Source: Candidatus Gottesmanbacteria bacterium
GTDB lineage: Bacteria > Patescibacteriota > Microgenomatia > UBA10105 > UBA927
Assembly (NCBI GenBank): GCA_963790805.1
Contig: CAWBPL010000002.1
Span: 1,020,860-1,084,859 of the forward strand
DNA: 64,000 nt
Reading direction: 5' to 3'
The notes below the pieces were generated by a model, which saw only the letters and a program-made list of their open reading frames with translations, did no database searches and was not told where the DNA came from. Of the stretch, positions 31,203 through 40,363 are shown piece after piece; position 1 is the first letter of the stretch; each line of letters begins with the position of its first letter. Position numbers and translations under genes: made by a program.

Positions 31203-33224
31203 TTATGCAGTTTTAAGTGTTGCACCGAATTTACTTTCCACCATGGCAATCAGTTTTTCTCTAATCGGCCGTACGTCAATGTCGGTTAAATTCCGCTTAA
31301 GGTCCTGGTAGGTGACATGAAATGTCCGTGTGTTCTCATGTGCATCCAGAAGCCTTACATCAACGACAAGCGGATGTATTTTTTTGCATGATTCAATGAC
31401 CGGCCCGACCGTAAATCCAAGCGGGACGATAAAGGCTAAATCCTCAACAGCCGGCGGAAATTTCGGAATCGGATGATATATGCTTACCGGATTTGCCTGT
31501 GCGAATAAGGTATCCAGACGTAACTCAAGTACAGTTACCGGTTTTTTTATACCGGCCGTTTGTAAAAGTACTGTATCAATAGCTCCGACTATCCCCAAGT
31601 CACCAAAGCCGAACTGCTCTTCGGCATACTGTTCATTTATTTTGCCTTGAGATGATGTCGGGAATTTTATACCTAAATGCTGAAATATTGCCTGTGCCAA
31701 CCCTTTGAGACGGGCGAGTTCGTTTCCGGTTACGGCGACCATAAGTAGCGGTCGTTCTTTGGGTAAATCATTTGGGCGCCATTCATACACAATGGAAAGT
31801 TCAAAAAGAGACAATGAATCGCGCGTATGCAAATTCTGACCAACCGCGGAAAGCATACTCGGTAATACGCTCGGTCTCATATAGACCCAGTCCTGTGAGA
31901 GCGGATTTTCAATGGTATATGCGCGGTTCGTCGGTAAATGAAACATCTCCATGAGTTTTTTGGAAATCATGGAATAGGTATATGTTTCCGTGTATCCCCA
32001 GTCGCGTAACCGGTGTTTTAATTCTTCTTCCCGTGAAAGATTAACGTTCGGCATGACGACCGGAGGTTCCCGCTGGGGCAAATGGGTTTCTATTTTGTGG
32101 TAACCGTATATACGCGCCACTTCTTCGATAACATCAACGTCAAGCGTTACGTCGCGTCTGAAACTTGGCACGATGACGGAAACATCTCTTGCTGTTGTGG
32201 AAGTACGAAATCCGAGTGACTCCAGAATCGATACGATTTCCACATCCGGCAACGTGGTACCGATATAGGACACGAGTTTTTCTTTGGTTACTGAAACGGT
32301 ATATGGTTTATAGGGTTTCGGATAGAGATCATAGAGCTCGCTTGCGATGATGCCTTTTGTGAGCTTCATCATGAGATCTATACCCGTTATTATGGCGGGA
32401 AGCACGAGTTCAGGATCCAGCGATTTTTCGAAAAGAGCTCCGGCTTCGGTTCTGTGGGCGAGACTCATTGACGTTCGCCGGATATTAACAGGATTGTACG
32501 TTTGCATGAAAAGAATGACCGTTTTTGTCTTATCGCTGATATCGGAGTTTTCTCCTCCCATAATGCCACAGAGGTCAATAAGGCGACCGGAGCTGTCCTC
32601 TATAACGATGTCGCCGCCGGGAAGCGCATGTGTTTTTCCATCAAGCGTGGTCAGTTTTTCGCCTTTTTTGGAAGCGCGAAGTTTCATGACCGCTTTGGCG
32701 CCGATTGGCCTGATCTTGTCAAAATCAAACGCATGAACGGGTTGTCCGTACATTTTCATTATGTAGTTGGTGACGTCAACGACGTTATTGATGGACCGTA
32801 TTCCTGTTTCTTCTAGACGTTTTGCCATCCATGACGGTGAAGAAGAAACGGTAACATGTTCAATAACAATTGCGGTAAATCGCGGATTAAGAATGGGATC
32901 CGTCGTGATTGCAAGCACCTTATCGTTTGATTTGGGTAAATGGGCAACGGCTTTTTTTGTATCAATACGATATGGATCTTTTTCGAGCTGCGCTTTTTTT
33001 CCAAAGCGAGGCAATATCGCTGCAGCTTCCCGTGCGACGCCGACTATCGACATGCTGTCGGGCCTGTTCGTCGTGATTTCAACGTCATAGACGGTTTCTC
33101 GGCCGACTTGGTTCATGCGCTCGACAGAGGGGCCGCAGAGCGAAAGATACTCCTTTATTTCCTTTGGCGTCGCATCGGTTTTTAAAAAGTCGCGTAACCA
33201 GTTGTCAGGAACCAATATATTCAT
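31203..33224 (-). CDS. pheT: Phenylalanyl-tRNA synthetase beta subunit (no N-terminal tRNA-binding OB domain)
   Basis: 673 aa with B3/4 and B5 domains (TNRPDSMSIVGVAREAA, IMGGENS) and a C-terminal FDX-ACB domain. It lies adjacent to pheS. Confidence 0.9.
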   Translation of the reverse strand: MNILVPDNWLRDFLKTDATPKEIKEYLSLCGPSVERMNQVGRETVYDVEITTNRPDSMSIVGVAREAAAILPRFGKKAQLEKDPYRIDTKKAVAHLPKSNDKVLAITTDPILNPRFTAIVIEHVTVSSSPSWMAKRLEETGIRSINNVVDVTNYIMKMYGQPVHAFDFDKIRPIGAKAVMKLRASKKGEKLTTLDGKTHALPGGDIVIEDSSGRLIDLCGIMGGENSDISDKTKTVILFMQTYNPVNIRRTSMSLAHRTEAGALFEKSLDPELVLPAIITGIDLMMKLTKGIIASELYDLYPKPYKPYTVSVTKEKLVSYIGTTLPDVEIVSILESLGFRTSTTARDVSVIVPSFRRDVTLDVDVIEEVARIYGYHKIETHLPQREPPVVMPNVNLSREEELKHRLRDWGYTETYTYSMISKKLMEMFHLPTNRAYTIENPLSQDWVYMRPSVLPSMLSAVGQNLHTRDSLSLFELSIVYEWRPNDLPKERPLLMVAVTGNELARLKGLAQAIFQHLGIKFPTSSQGKINEQYAEEQFGFGDLGIVGAIDTVLLQTAGIKKPVTVLELRLDTLFAQANPVSIYHPIPKFPPAVEDLAFIVPLGFTVGPVIESCKKIHPLVVDVRLLDAHENTRTFHVTYQDLKRNLTDIDVRPIREKLIAMVESKFGATLKTA

Positions 33225-33320
33225 ATTTTTTTTGTCATCGCGAGACCGTTCTAACGGCGTGGCGATCTCATTAAATAGATTGTCGCGTCGCTTGCGCTCC
33301 TCGCAATGACATTGTCTATT

Positions 33321-34430
33321 TTAAAATTGCTCCAGAAATCTGACATCATTATTGTAAAGAAGCCGGATATCATCAAGCTTGGTGCCGGCTTTCATCATAA
33401 ACGTGCGTTCCACTCCCCAACCGAATGCAAAACCATTGTAAAGAGACGTATCAATCCCCCCGTTTTTGAGTACATTCGGGTGCACCATACCGGCTCCGCC
33501 CAGCTCAAGCCAACCCTCTTTACAAAGTTTACAGCCGCGCCCCAAACATACGCCGCAGCTGATATCGACTTCAAAAGACGGTTCGGTAAACTGAAAGTGA
33601 AAAGGCCGGATGCGGGCTTTCCGCTCGGGACCAAAAAATTGTTTGACGAAATAATCCAATACGCCTTTCAGATGGCCGATGGAAACTTGTTTATCGATAT
33701 AGAGTCCTTCAAACTGATGAAACATCGGCGTGTGAGATACATCAATCTGCCGGCGGTAGCATTTTGCGATATTGATCATTCGAATCGGCAATTTACCCTT
33801 TTCCATTTCGCGTACCTGACCGTTACTGGTATGAGGTGTTAATACAATGGTTTGTTTTTTGGGATCATTGACTGGCCTGCCGGCTAAAGCTCTAGCGGAG
33901 GCCGGATATTCGATAAAAAACGTTTCCCACTCATCGCGCGCCGCATGTTCCTTTGGCATATTGAGTGATTCAAACGCATACCAGTCCCAGTCCACTTCGG
34001 GGTGACGTACGCGGGTAAAGCTTATGCGTTCAAATATCCGCGTTATTTCTTCGATGGCCTGAGACACGATGTGCAGATGGCCCATTGGAGGCAAAATTCC
34101 CGGCATGGTTACATCGAGATTCTGCGATTGAACGGCTTGATTTGCTGTGCTCTGTTGTCCTTGATGGTCCCGCAGCGCGGTTTCAATGGTTCCTTTCACC
34201 TGATTGAGCATCGTACCGACTTGTGAGCGCTCTTGGGGCGTCACGTCTTTAATTTTTCTTCCGATGCGCGAAAATTCACTTTTATTGCCTAAGAGTTCGA
34301 TTCGCAATATTTCTGAGGATTTGTTGCTCTTTTTTATGGTTTCAACCGCTTCGCCGCCGACTTCCAGAATAAGCCCGATGAGAGCTGAAGATGGAAGTTG
34401 GGCTTCTGTATTTGGTTGTTGTGAATCCAT
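33321..34430 (-). CDS. pheS: Phenylalanyl-tRNA synthetase alpha subunit
   Basis: Class II motifs: HPEVDWDWYAFESL.., LTPHTSNGQVR, FHQFEGL, GWGVERTFM. Confidence 0.92.
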   Translation of the reverse strand: MDSQQPNTEAQLPSSALIGLILEVGGEAVETIKKSNKSSEILRIELLGNKSEFSRIGRKIKDVTPQERSQVGTMLNQVKGTIETALRDHQGQQSTANQAVQSQNLDVTMPGILPPMGHLHIVSQAIEEITRIFERISFTRVRHPEVDWDWYAFESLNMPKEHAARDEWETFFIEYPASARALAGRPVNDPKKQTIVLTPHTSNGQVREMEKGKLPIRMINIAKCYRRQIDVSHTPMFHQFEGLYIDKQVSIGHLKGVLDYFVKQFFGPERKARIRPFHFQFTEPSFEVDISCGVCLGRGCKLCKEGWLELGGAGMVHPNVLKNGGIDTSLYNGFAFGWGVERTFMMKAGTKLDDIRLLYNNDVRFLEQF

Positions 34431-34489
34431 ATTCTTTTATATGTATTGTACGTTTTGTAATTATGCGTTACAAGATTGCTTATTCTTAC

Positions 34490-34520
34490 AAAAAAACCTC
34501 CGGTTGGAGGTTTTTGTTTT
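34490..34520 (-). terminator. Intrinsic (bidirectional-type) terminator downstream of rplT
   Basis: The sequence is A7-CCTCC-GGTT-GGAGG-T5GT4. This is a 5-6 bp GC stem flanked by A and T runs, so a U-tract follows the stem on either strand. Confidence 0.55.
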
Positions 34521-34597
34521 ATTCTTCTTTACGACAAAAACCTCACGATTTGGAGGCTGCAAAAAAGAATGCAAAAAATTGATTTTTTGTCATAGAT

Positions 34598-34948
34598 TTA
34601 GTTTACTGTTTTAACTTTTTCAAGTATTGCGGCAAATGCTTCCGGATTTTCTACGATAAGGTTTGCAAGAATTTTCCGGTCGACCTCAACGTTACTGGCC
34701 TTCAGCTTGCTGATGAATGCGCTATAGGAAAGCCCGTTTTGTTTCACGGTTTCCGATATGCGGGTGATCCAGAGCTGCCGGAAATCGCGCTTTCTGAGTT
34801 TTCGCCCTGTGTGTGCATGTTCTCCGGCATGGAGGTATGCTTGCTTGGCCACGCGTATGAGCCGGCGTTTCGTCATCCGGTAGCCTTTATTGGCTTCGAA
34901 TATTTTCTTATGTTTTGCGTGTGATGGTACTCCTCTTTTTACTCTCAT
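34598..34948 (-). CDS. rplT: 50S ribosomal protein L20
   Basis: MRVKRGVPSHAKHKKIFEANKGYR..RDFRQLWITRI. Confidence 0.95.
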   Translation of the reverse strand: MRVKRGVPSHAKHKKIFEANKGYRMTKRRLIRVAKQAYLHAGEHAHTGRKLRKRDFRQLWITRISETVKQNGLSYSAFISKLKASNVEVDRKILANLIVENPEAFAAILEKVKTVN

Positions 34949-35057
34949 ATATACCTTTCTTTTTTAGGTTTGTTTATCAAACCAAACTAAAATCAATTAT
35001 ACCCATGCAATTCTGATTGCAGTGGGTAGATCTCCTTTACCCCGATTAAATCGGGGT

Positions 35058-35255
35058 TTATGTTTTTAAATATTGCTTAATCATTCGTTTATACCGTGTG
35101 TTTGTGATTTCCTGCGGTGCATCCTGTCTTCGTTGCCGCGCCTTGTTTTTGCGACTTCGCAAATGTCTCGCGCCCTGTGTGCGATGCATCACTTTACCGC
35201 CTTTGGTAATTTTGAACCGTCTTCGCACTATTTTTTTAGTTTTCATTTTCGGCAT
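35058..35255 (-). CDS. rpmI: 50S ribosomal protein L35
   Basis: MPKMKTKKIVRRRFKITKGGKVMHRTQGARHL. Confidence 0.9.
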   Translation of the reverse strand: MPKMKTKKIVRRRFKITKGGKVMHRTQGARHLRSRKNKARQRRQDAPQEITNTRYKRMIKQYLKT

Positions 35256-35257
35256 AA

Positions 35258-35770
35258 TTATTCTTTCTTTTTTTCAGAAACGATCATGGCAGCGAGCGTT
35301 CTTCCCTCAAAATGAGGTTCACGGACAGTTCTCACCGAGTTAGCCGCTTTTATAAACCGATTCATGACATCAAATCCGAATTCTTTCCGTGTAATTTCCC
35401 TGCCTCTAAAAAATACGACTATTTTTACCTGATTCCCGTCTTTTAAAAACTCCTGTGCTTGGGCAACCCGCGTATCAAAGTCATGCTGGCCGATAAAGGG
35501 TCGTAAACGAATTTCCTTTACGCCGACATTTTTTTGACTTTTCCTCGACTCCCGCTCTTTTTTCGCTTCCTGATATTTAAATTTTTTAAAATCGATGAGC
35601 TTGGCTACCGGCGGGTTGGCATTGGCGGCAATTTCAACAACATCAATACCCAATTCTTTGGCCCGTTGCAGGGCTTCAATTTTACTTACCACGCCAATCT
35701 GCTTTCCGTTCTCGTCAAGCAATCGTAATTGCTGACTGGCGATCTGGTAATTTAGGCGATAATGTCTAAT
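35258..35770 (-). CDS. infC: Translation initiation factor IF-3 with an inferred AUU start
   Basis: NYQIASQQLRLLDENGKQIGVV, PPVAKLIDFKKFKYQ and KEIRLRPFIGQHD. There is no ATG/GTG/TTG near the conserved N-terminus. An in-frame ATT at 35770-35768 shares one nucleotide with the thrS stop codon. Confidence 0.88.
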   Translation of the reverse strand: MRHYRLNYQIASQQLRLLDENGKQIGVVSKIEALQRAKELGIDVVEIAANANPPVAKLIDFKKFKYQEAKKERESRKSQKNVGVKEIRLRPFIGQHDFDTRVAQAQEFLKDGNQVKIVVFFRGREITRKEFGFDVMNRFIKAANSVRTVREPHFEGRTLAAMIVSEKKKE

Positions 35771-37553
35771 GTTTGTGCTCAATCTCACTCCCAAGACGGT
35801 TGGCGAAAGTCTCAAGATTTTGAGTTTTGAGGTCTTCGCCTTTCCGAGTTCTGACACTTATACTGTCAGAACCAGCTTCTCGATCCCCTATTATACCTAA
35901 ATACGGGACTTTTTGTAAAGTATGGAAGCGGATTTTCGCCTGCATGGACTCGTTTCTGTCATCTACTTCGACCCGAATTCCCTTTTCTTTCAGGAATGCT
36001 GCCGCCTTTGCCGCCGCCTCGTTATGGCGTTCTGCAATAGGAATAACCACAACCTGCGTCGGGCTTAACCACAGCGGGAATGCGCCGGCATATTTTTCGA
36101 TAAGAAATGCCATCGTTCGCTCAACGGCACCGAGCGATGACCTGTGAACGACTACCGGCTCTTTTTCTTTGCCGTCGCTATCGATATATTTCAGTTCAAA
36201 GCGTTTCGGCATGACAAAATCGTACTGCACGGTAAATGCCGTTTCCTCTTTGCCCATCACGTTTTTCACCTGCACGTCGATTTTCGGTCCGTAAAAAGCC
36301 GCTTCATTCGGTGCTTCATAAAACGGAGCTTTCGTCTCAACCAGTACGTTTCGTAATACCTCTTCCGCGTGATCCCATGCCGCGTCATCTTTATAATATT
36401 TTTTTGTGTCCGAGCGGTCGCCGAGAGACAAGCGGTAGCGGTAATCCTCGCCCTTTTTCATACCAAGCGTTTCATTCACAAAATCAATAAGATCCAGAAC
36501 TTTCTTTACCTCATCGCTGGCCTGATCAGGCTTACACACGATGTGTGCATCGGCCAGACAAAACATCCTCACGCGCATAAGTCCCGTGAGTTCTCCGCTT
36601 TTTTCATAACGGTACTGCGGTGAAAGCTCAGCAAATCTGATCGGGAGGTTCCGGTAACTTCGGGGCTCCGATTTATAGAGCATGAAATGGTGCGGGCACG
36701 TCATCGGGCGTAAGATAAGCTCTTCTTCATCGACTTTCATCGGCGGATACATCGTATCTTTATAATACGGATAGTGGCCCGAGGTTCTGTATAAATCCAC
36801 TTTGGCGAGGGGCGGCGTAACGACATGGTCATATCCGCGTTTGAGCTCTTCATCCACGATAAACCGTTCAAGTTCGCGCCGGATTGTTGCTCCTTTGGCC
36901 GTAAACATCGGCAACCCTTTGCCGACAAGGTCAGCGAACACGAAAAGACCTAAATCGCGGCCGATTTTCCTGTGATCGCGCTTCTTAGCTTCTTCGATGA
37001 GGTTGAGGTATGCATCGAGTGCTTTCTTGTTGGGAAAGCACGTTCCGTAAATCCTCGTCAGCATTTTGTTTTTCTCGCTCCCGTGCCAGTACGCGCCGGC
37101 AATAGAGAGAAGTTTAAACGGTCCGACTTTACCTGTAGATTCGACATGGGGGCCGCTGCAAAGATCTAAATCCATGTCCCCGATTTTGTAGATGGAAACT
37201 TTTTCGCCGCGTTTTTCTATGTCAGTTATCCATTCCATTTTATACGGGTTATCTTTGAATAATTCCTTGGCTTTCGCAGGCGTTATATATTCCTGCTGCA
37301 TCGCCAGATTTGCGCCGATTAATCTGTTCATTTCCTTTTCGATTTTGGGGAAATCCTCCTCCGATATCTTTTCGTCGAGGTCAAAATCAAAATAAAATCC
37401 GTCAGCAGTGGCCGGACCCATGGCTTTTTTCAGCTTGGGGTACAGATTTTGCATTGCCGTGTGAAGTACATGCTCTGCCGTATGGCGCATGCTCCAAAGA
37501 CGATAGTCTTCTTTTGATAATTGCTGTAATTTTTCATCAAGTACTTGTGACAT
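35766..37553 (-). CDS. thrS: Threonyl-tRNA synthetase (starts at the editing/second additional domain, no TGS domain)
   Basis: 595 aa with HTAEHVL, class II core motifs (RFAELSPQYRYE, MRVRMFCLADAH) and a C-terminal anticodon-binding domain. Confidence 0.95.
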   Translation of the reverse strand: MSQVLDEKLQQLSKEDYRLWSMRHTAEHVLHTAMQNLYPKLKKAMGPATADGFYFDFDLDEKISEEDFPKIEKEMNRLIGANLAMQQEYITPAKAKELFKDNPYKMEWITDIEKRGEKVSIYKIGDMDLDLCSGPHVESTGKVGPFKLLSIAGAYWHGSEKNKMLTRIYGTCFPNKKALDAYLNLIEEAKKRDHRKIGRDLGLFVFADLVGKGLPMFTAKGATIRRELERFIVDEELKRGYDHVVTPPLAKVDLYRTSGHYPYYKDTMYPPMKVDEEELILRPMTCPHHFMLYKSEPRSYRNLPIRFAELSPQYRYEKSGELTGLMRVRMFCLADAHIVCKPDQASDEVKKVLDLIDFVNETLGMKKGEDYRYRLSLGDRSDTKKYYKDDAAWDHAEEVLRNVLVETKAPFYEAPNEAAFYGPKIDVQVKNVMGKEETAFTVQYDFVMPKRFELKYIDSDGKEKEPVVVHRSSLGAVERTMAFLIEKYAGAFPLWLSPTQVVVIPIAERHNEAAAKAAAFLKEKGIRVEVDDRNESMQAKIRFHTLQKVPYLGIIGDREAGSDSISVRTRKGEDLKTQNLETFANRLGSEIEHKH

Positions 37554-37571
37554 ATGCCTCCTTGAGCCATC

Positions 37572-37635
37572 AAAAAACCGTTCTTCGTTGCGCCTCCGAT
37601 ATGATCAGAGAGTTTCCAGCGCAAATTGAACGGTA
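37572..37635 (-). promoter_or_regulatory. Long hairpin followed by a U-run in the thrS 5' leader (candidate attenuator/operator)
   Basis: On the minus strand: ACCGTTC-AA-TTTGCGC-[25-nt loop]-GCGCAA-CGAA-GAACGGT-TTTTTT. It is followed immediately by AAGGAGG and the thrS ATG. Confidence 0.35.
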
Positions 37636-37776
37636 CTTAATTTTTTCTATCTTTTCGCCGATAGAGCGCTTCTCTTTGAGGTTGGTTAAGTCTCATGTTT
37701 ATCCCGATTTGATCGGGATTGCGAGAAGTACATGTATCGTATCATAACGGGTAATAATGTCAATGAAGGTTCATTA

Positions 37777-38349
37777 TTAAGCATCGCGTTGCCCTTTAGG
37801 TTTGACAACGAACGGCTTAATGTTGGATACGTCAGCCGGCGTATTTTTAAAGGTGAAAATGATTTTATCAATGTAATTGATGAGATCTTCAAAGTAATAA
37901 ACGTCAGTGACGCGGACATCTTCATTGCCTGTTAGCGCCTCTACGTCAATGGTTCCGATTTTCAGCGCTCGAAAGAGCATATTGGGTGCGTAGGCTTTAG
38001 CTTTGAGCGCTACGTTCCAGAAAAGGACACGCTGGGTGCTGAAAAACGGCGAGGTAACCTCAAAGCGGATAATCCGGCGGTCTGTAATGAACGTTTTTGA
38101 TTTGTTGTGGACGGTAACATTCCACCAGATTCCGATAACCAAAAGAAGAAGCGATACGATGAGTCCGACTATATGCAGTGCTGAAGCCGCCGCAGGGACA
38201 ATAGTGCCGATGACAAATAAAACGGCAAAAAAGAAAACCGCTAAGAAAATGATACGGGCAATTGCGAGACGCTCTGCAATCGGATGCGGATGTATGGTAT
38301 AGAGTACCCGCTCGCCCTCCTGCTGGCCGTTAAAGACGGTTTCGTTCAT
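37777..38349 (-). CDS. Membrane protein with two TM helices and a C-terminal bacterial PH-like (YdbS/YdbT-type) region
   Basis: 190 aa with two adjacent hydrophobic helices after a short N-terminal segment. The family call is tentative. Confidence 0.4.
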   Translation of the reverse strand: MNETVFNGQQEGERVLYTIHPHPIAERLAIARIIFLAVFFFAVLFVIGTIVPAAASALHIVGLIVSLLLLVIGIWWNVTVHNKSKTFITDRRIIRFEVTSPFFSTQRVLFWNVALKAKAYAPNMLFRALKIGTIDVEALTGNEDVRVTDVYYFEDLINYIDKIIFTFKNTPADVSNIKPFVVKPKGQRDA

Positions 38350-38384
38350 ACCCCCTATTGTACAGTTTTTTTGGACAGGATCAA

Positions 38385-38984
38385 TCAGGGCGCAGGCGTT
38401 GCGTACACGACTCTCCGTTTCTGGTCAAAAGTTCCGGCGCAGGTGTACATGGTTAACTGGTTATTATTGCTTAACACGGCCTGCACATCGTGCTGGTCTA
38501 CATCGCGCGATTGGCTCACGACGTAGCGCTTCCACGTATTTTGGTATTGAATCTCGACAGCATCGCCGGGTTTAAGAAGATAAAGATCGCGCCAGAGCGT
38601 TCTCCAGTCGTGGGCATAGAGAATAACGTTCCCCTGCCCCGGCAAGGCTGATGTTGAAAGCCACGCCACGGCATCGCCGAAGAGATCCCACGTGTTGCCG
38701 TTGATGTGGGCACTCCTAATCGGTAGATTTTTGTTGATTTTCGGGATATTAATAGCAGTGGGAACGTTTGTTGACGAGTAGGACGGCTGTTTTGTCACCG
38801 CGGAAGTTAACTTGGCGGAAGCTGTGGCAGTTGACGTAAGACTCACCTGATGCGGCTGCGCGTTACGTGATATCCAGCTTTGAATTGAAACAATGGCTGT
38901 GGTTGCGAAGTAGACAGTAAGTCCCGTCACGACAGAAACGATCACTAAAAACACGGAGGTGTTTTGCGGTTTAGGAATTTTCAT
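38385..38984 (-). CDS. Sortase-family transpeptidase
   Basis: N-terminal TM anchor, a His in NVILYAHDW, the catalytic Cys in QLTMYTCAG (TLxTC-like), and a downstream Arg in KRRVVYA. Its start overlaps the stop of the LAATG protein by 14 nt. Confidence 0.8.
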   Translation of the reverse strand: MKIPKPQNTSVFLVIVSVVTGLTVYFATTAIVSIQSWISRNAQPHQVSLTSTATASAKLTSAVTKQPSYSSTNVPTAINIPKINKNLPIRSAHINGNTWDLFGDAVAWLSTSALPGQGNVILYAHDWRTLWRDLYLLKPGDAVEIQYQNTWKRYVVSQSRDVDQHDVQAVLSNNNQLTMYTCAGTFDQKRRVVYATPAP

Positions 38985-39636
38985 GAGCCCGCATGAGCCC
39001 TTCGCCCAGCAGGAAAATAACCAGAGATGCAGTGGCCGACAGCATAATCTTTATAAACTGATCGTTGGTGCCGGTTGCTGCAAGGGTGTCTGTTGAGGCA
39101 CCAAGAACCTGTCCGCCTGAAGAGTTTCCCCCTGGCGGCGCTGTACAGGACGGGCAACTGGATCCGCCGTCACTTCTGCCGTCACCGGGTCCACCTGGAT
39201 TAGAAGGAGGCGGTACGGGTGTTGAGGTTGGCGTCAGACAATCAGGTGAATTGCTGTCGGTAGTGCACGGGTCAACAGTCGGCGTGGGTGTGACACAATT
39301 TTCCTGATCGGGATTACAGAACGGTGTCGGTGTAGGCGTTGGGCTATCACAAGGATGATCACTATTACATATTGGTGTGGGGGTAGGTGTTACCGTTGGT
39401 GTCGGCGTTGGGCTACTGCAAGGATGATCAACGTTACATATGGGGGTCGGCGTTGGTGTCGGGCTGGTGCAGGTATCATCGCCATTGGGAGAACTACCAT
39501 CGCGGTCTCCGTCACAATCGAGGGTCGGTGTGGGAGTCGGTGTTGTTTCCGCAGCATGTACCCGACGTACTCTCACAAATCCGCTCACTACGAGAAAAAA
39601 TAAAATCAGAATCAGTCCCGAGATTTTTAGCTTCAT
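38971..39636 (-). CDS. Secreted Thr/Pro-rich, Cys-loop repeat protein with a C-terminal LAATG cell-wall sorting signal
   Basis: Signal peptide MKLKISGLILILFFLVV. Repeats of TPTPTP(I/F)CN(V/S/P)D(H/Q)..C. The C-terminus is LAATG followed by a hydrophobic helix and RAHENS. Confidence 0.7.
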   Translation of the reverse strand: MKLKISGLILILFFLVVSGFVRVRRVHAAETTPTPTPTLDCDGDRDGSSPNGDDTCTSPTPTPTPICNVDHPCSSPTPTPTVTPTPTPICNSDHPCDSPTPTPTPFCNPDQENCVTPTPTVDPCTTDSNSPDCLTPTSTPVPPPSNPGGPGDGRSDGGSSCPSCTAPPGGNSSGGQVLGASTDTLAATGTNDQFIKIMLSATASLVIFLLGEGLMRAHENS

Positions 39637-39747
39637 GAAAGTACAATTAATTAAGTCTTGTAATATATATAACATTTAAAATGTAATTTACACAACAGAT
39701 CAGTTTTTAGAAAGAACTATATCACTCTATAGAATGAAGAGATTTGA

Positions 39748-40272
39748 TTAATTTATACGAAAGGCGTACACGTGATTTGCGGGGTCTGATCTCAAAATTT
39801 TCCAGTTGGGAAAAATAAAACTATTCGAAACAACGACTGTCCCCTTCTTCAGCTCACCTGCCAATTTCTTCTCTAATTGTTTCATCCGCCACGGCAATAA
39901 ATACACGAATACAACATCGGCGTTTTCTATTGGTGCTCCCCAGAAACTTCTTGCGACCACATGAACGGATTTCTTGTACGGAGAAAACAACGCTTTCATA
40001 CTGGTAAACAAAACAAGAAACGGATTAATTTCATAGCCGATTGCGATTTTGGCTCCCCTTTCGGCGGCAAGAAACAAAAGCCTGCCGTCGCCGGATCCCA
40101 GATCATATACCGTCTGCCCTTTTTTAATGTTGGCAAGCGCAATCATAGACTTAGCTGCTTTATTCGTCGAGGGCACAAACGGCGCACCGGTGATAAACGC
40201 GATGGTCAGGTAGAAAAAAAAGACGGCAAACGCAAGTTGAAAGAGGGTGAAAAGGATCGAAAGAATAAGCAT
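39748..40272 (-). CDS. Membrane-anchored class I SAM-dependent methyltransferase
   Basis: N-terminal TM segment, then GAPFVPS and the VYDLGSGDGRLL motif I (GxGxG). Confidence 0.7.
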   Translation of the reverse strand: MLILSILFTLFQLAFAVFFFYLTIAFITGAPFVPSTNKAAKSMIALANIKKGQTVYDLGSGDGRLLFLAAERGAKIAIGYEINPFLVLFTSMKALFSPYKKSVHVVARSFWGAPIENADVVFVYLLPWRMKQLEKKLAGELKKGTVVVSNSFIFPNWKILRSDPANHVYAFRIN

Positions 40273-40363
40273 AGGGAGATTATACCGTTAAATACCAATT
40301 TCCTCATCAATACGGTCACTATGGGGCGTACGCAGGCTCAAAATCTATATACAACATTTTCAA

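Noticed and set aside
33225-37776. T-box leaders upstream of pheS/pheT and thrS. tyrS at 27256-27348 was also considered.
   Set aside because: No T-box sequence (..GGTGGTACCGCG..) or specifier-loop architecture is present, and the leaders are too short (about 100-220 nt, and lacking the motif).
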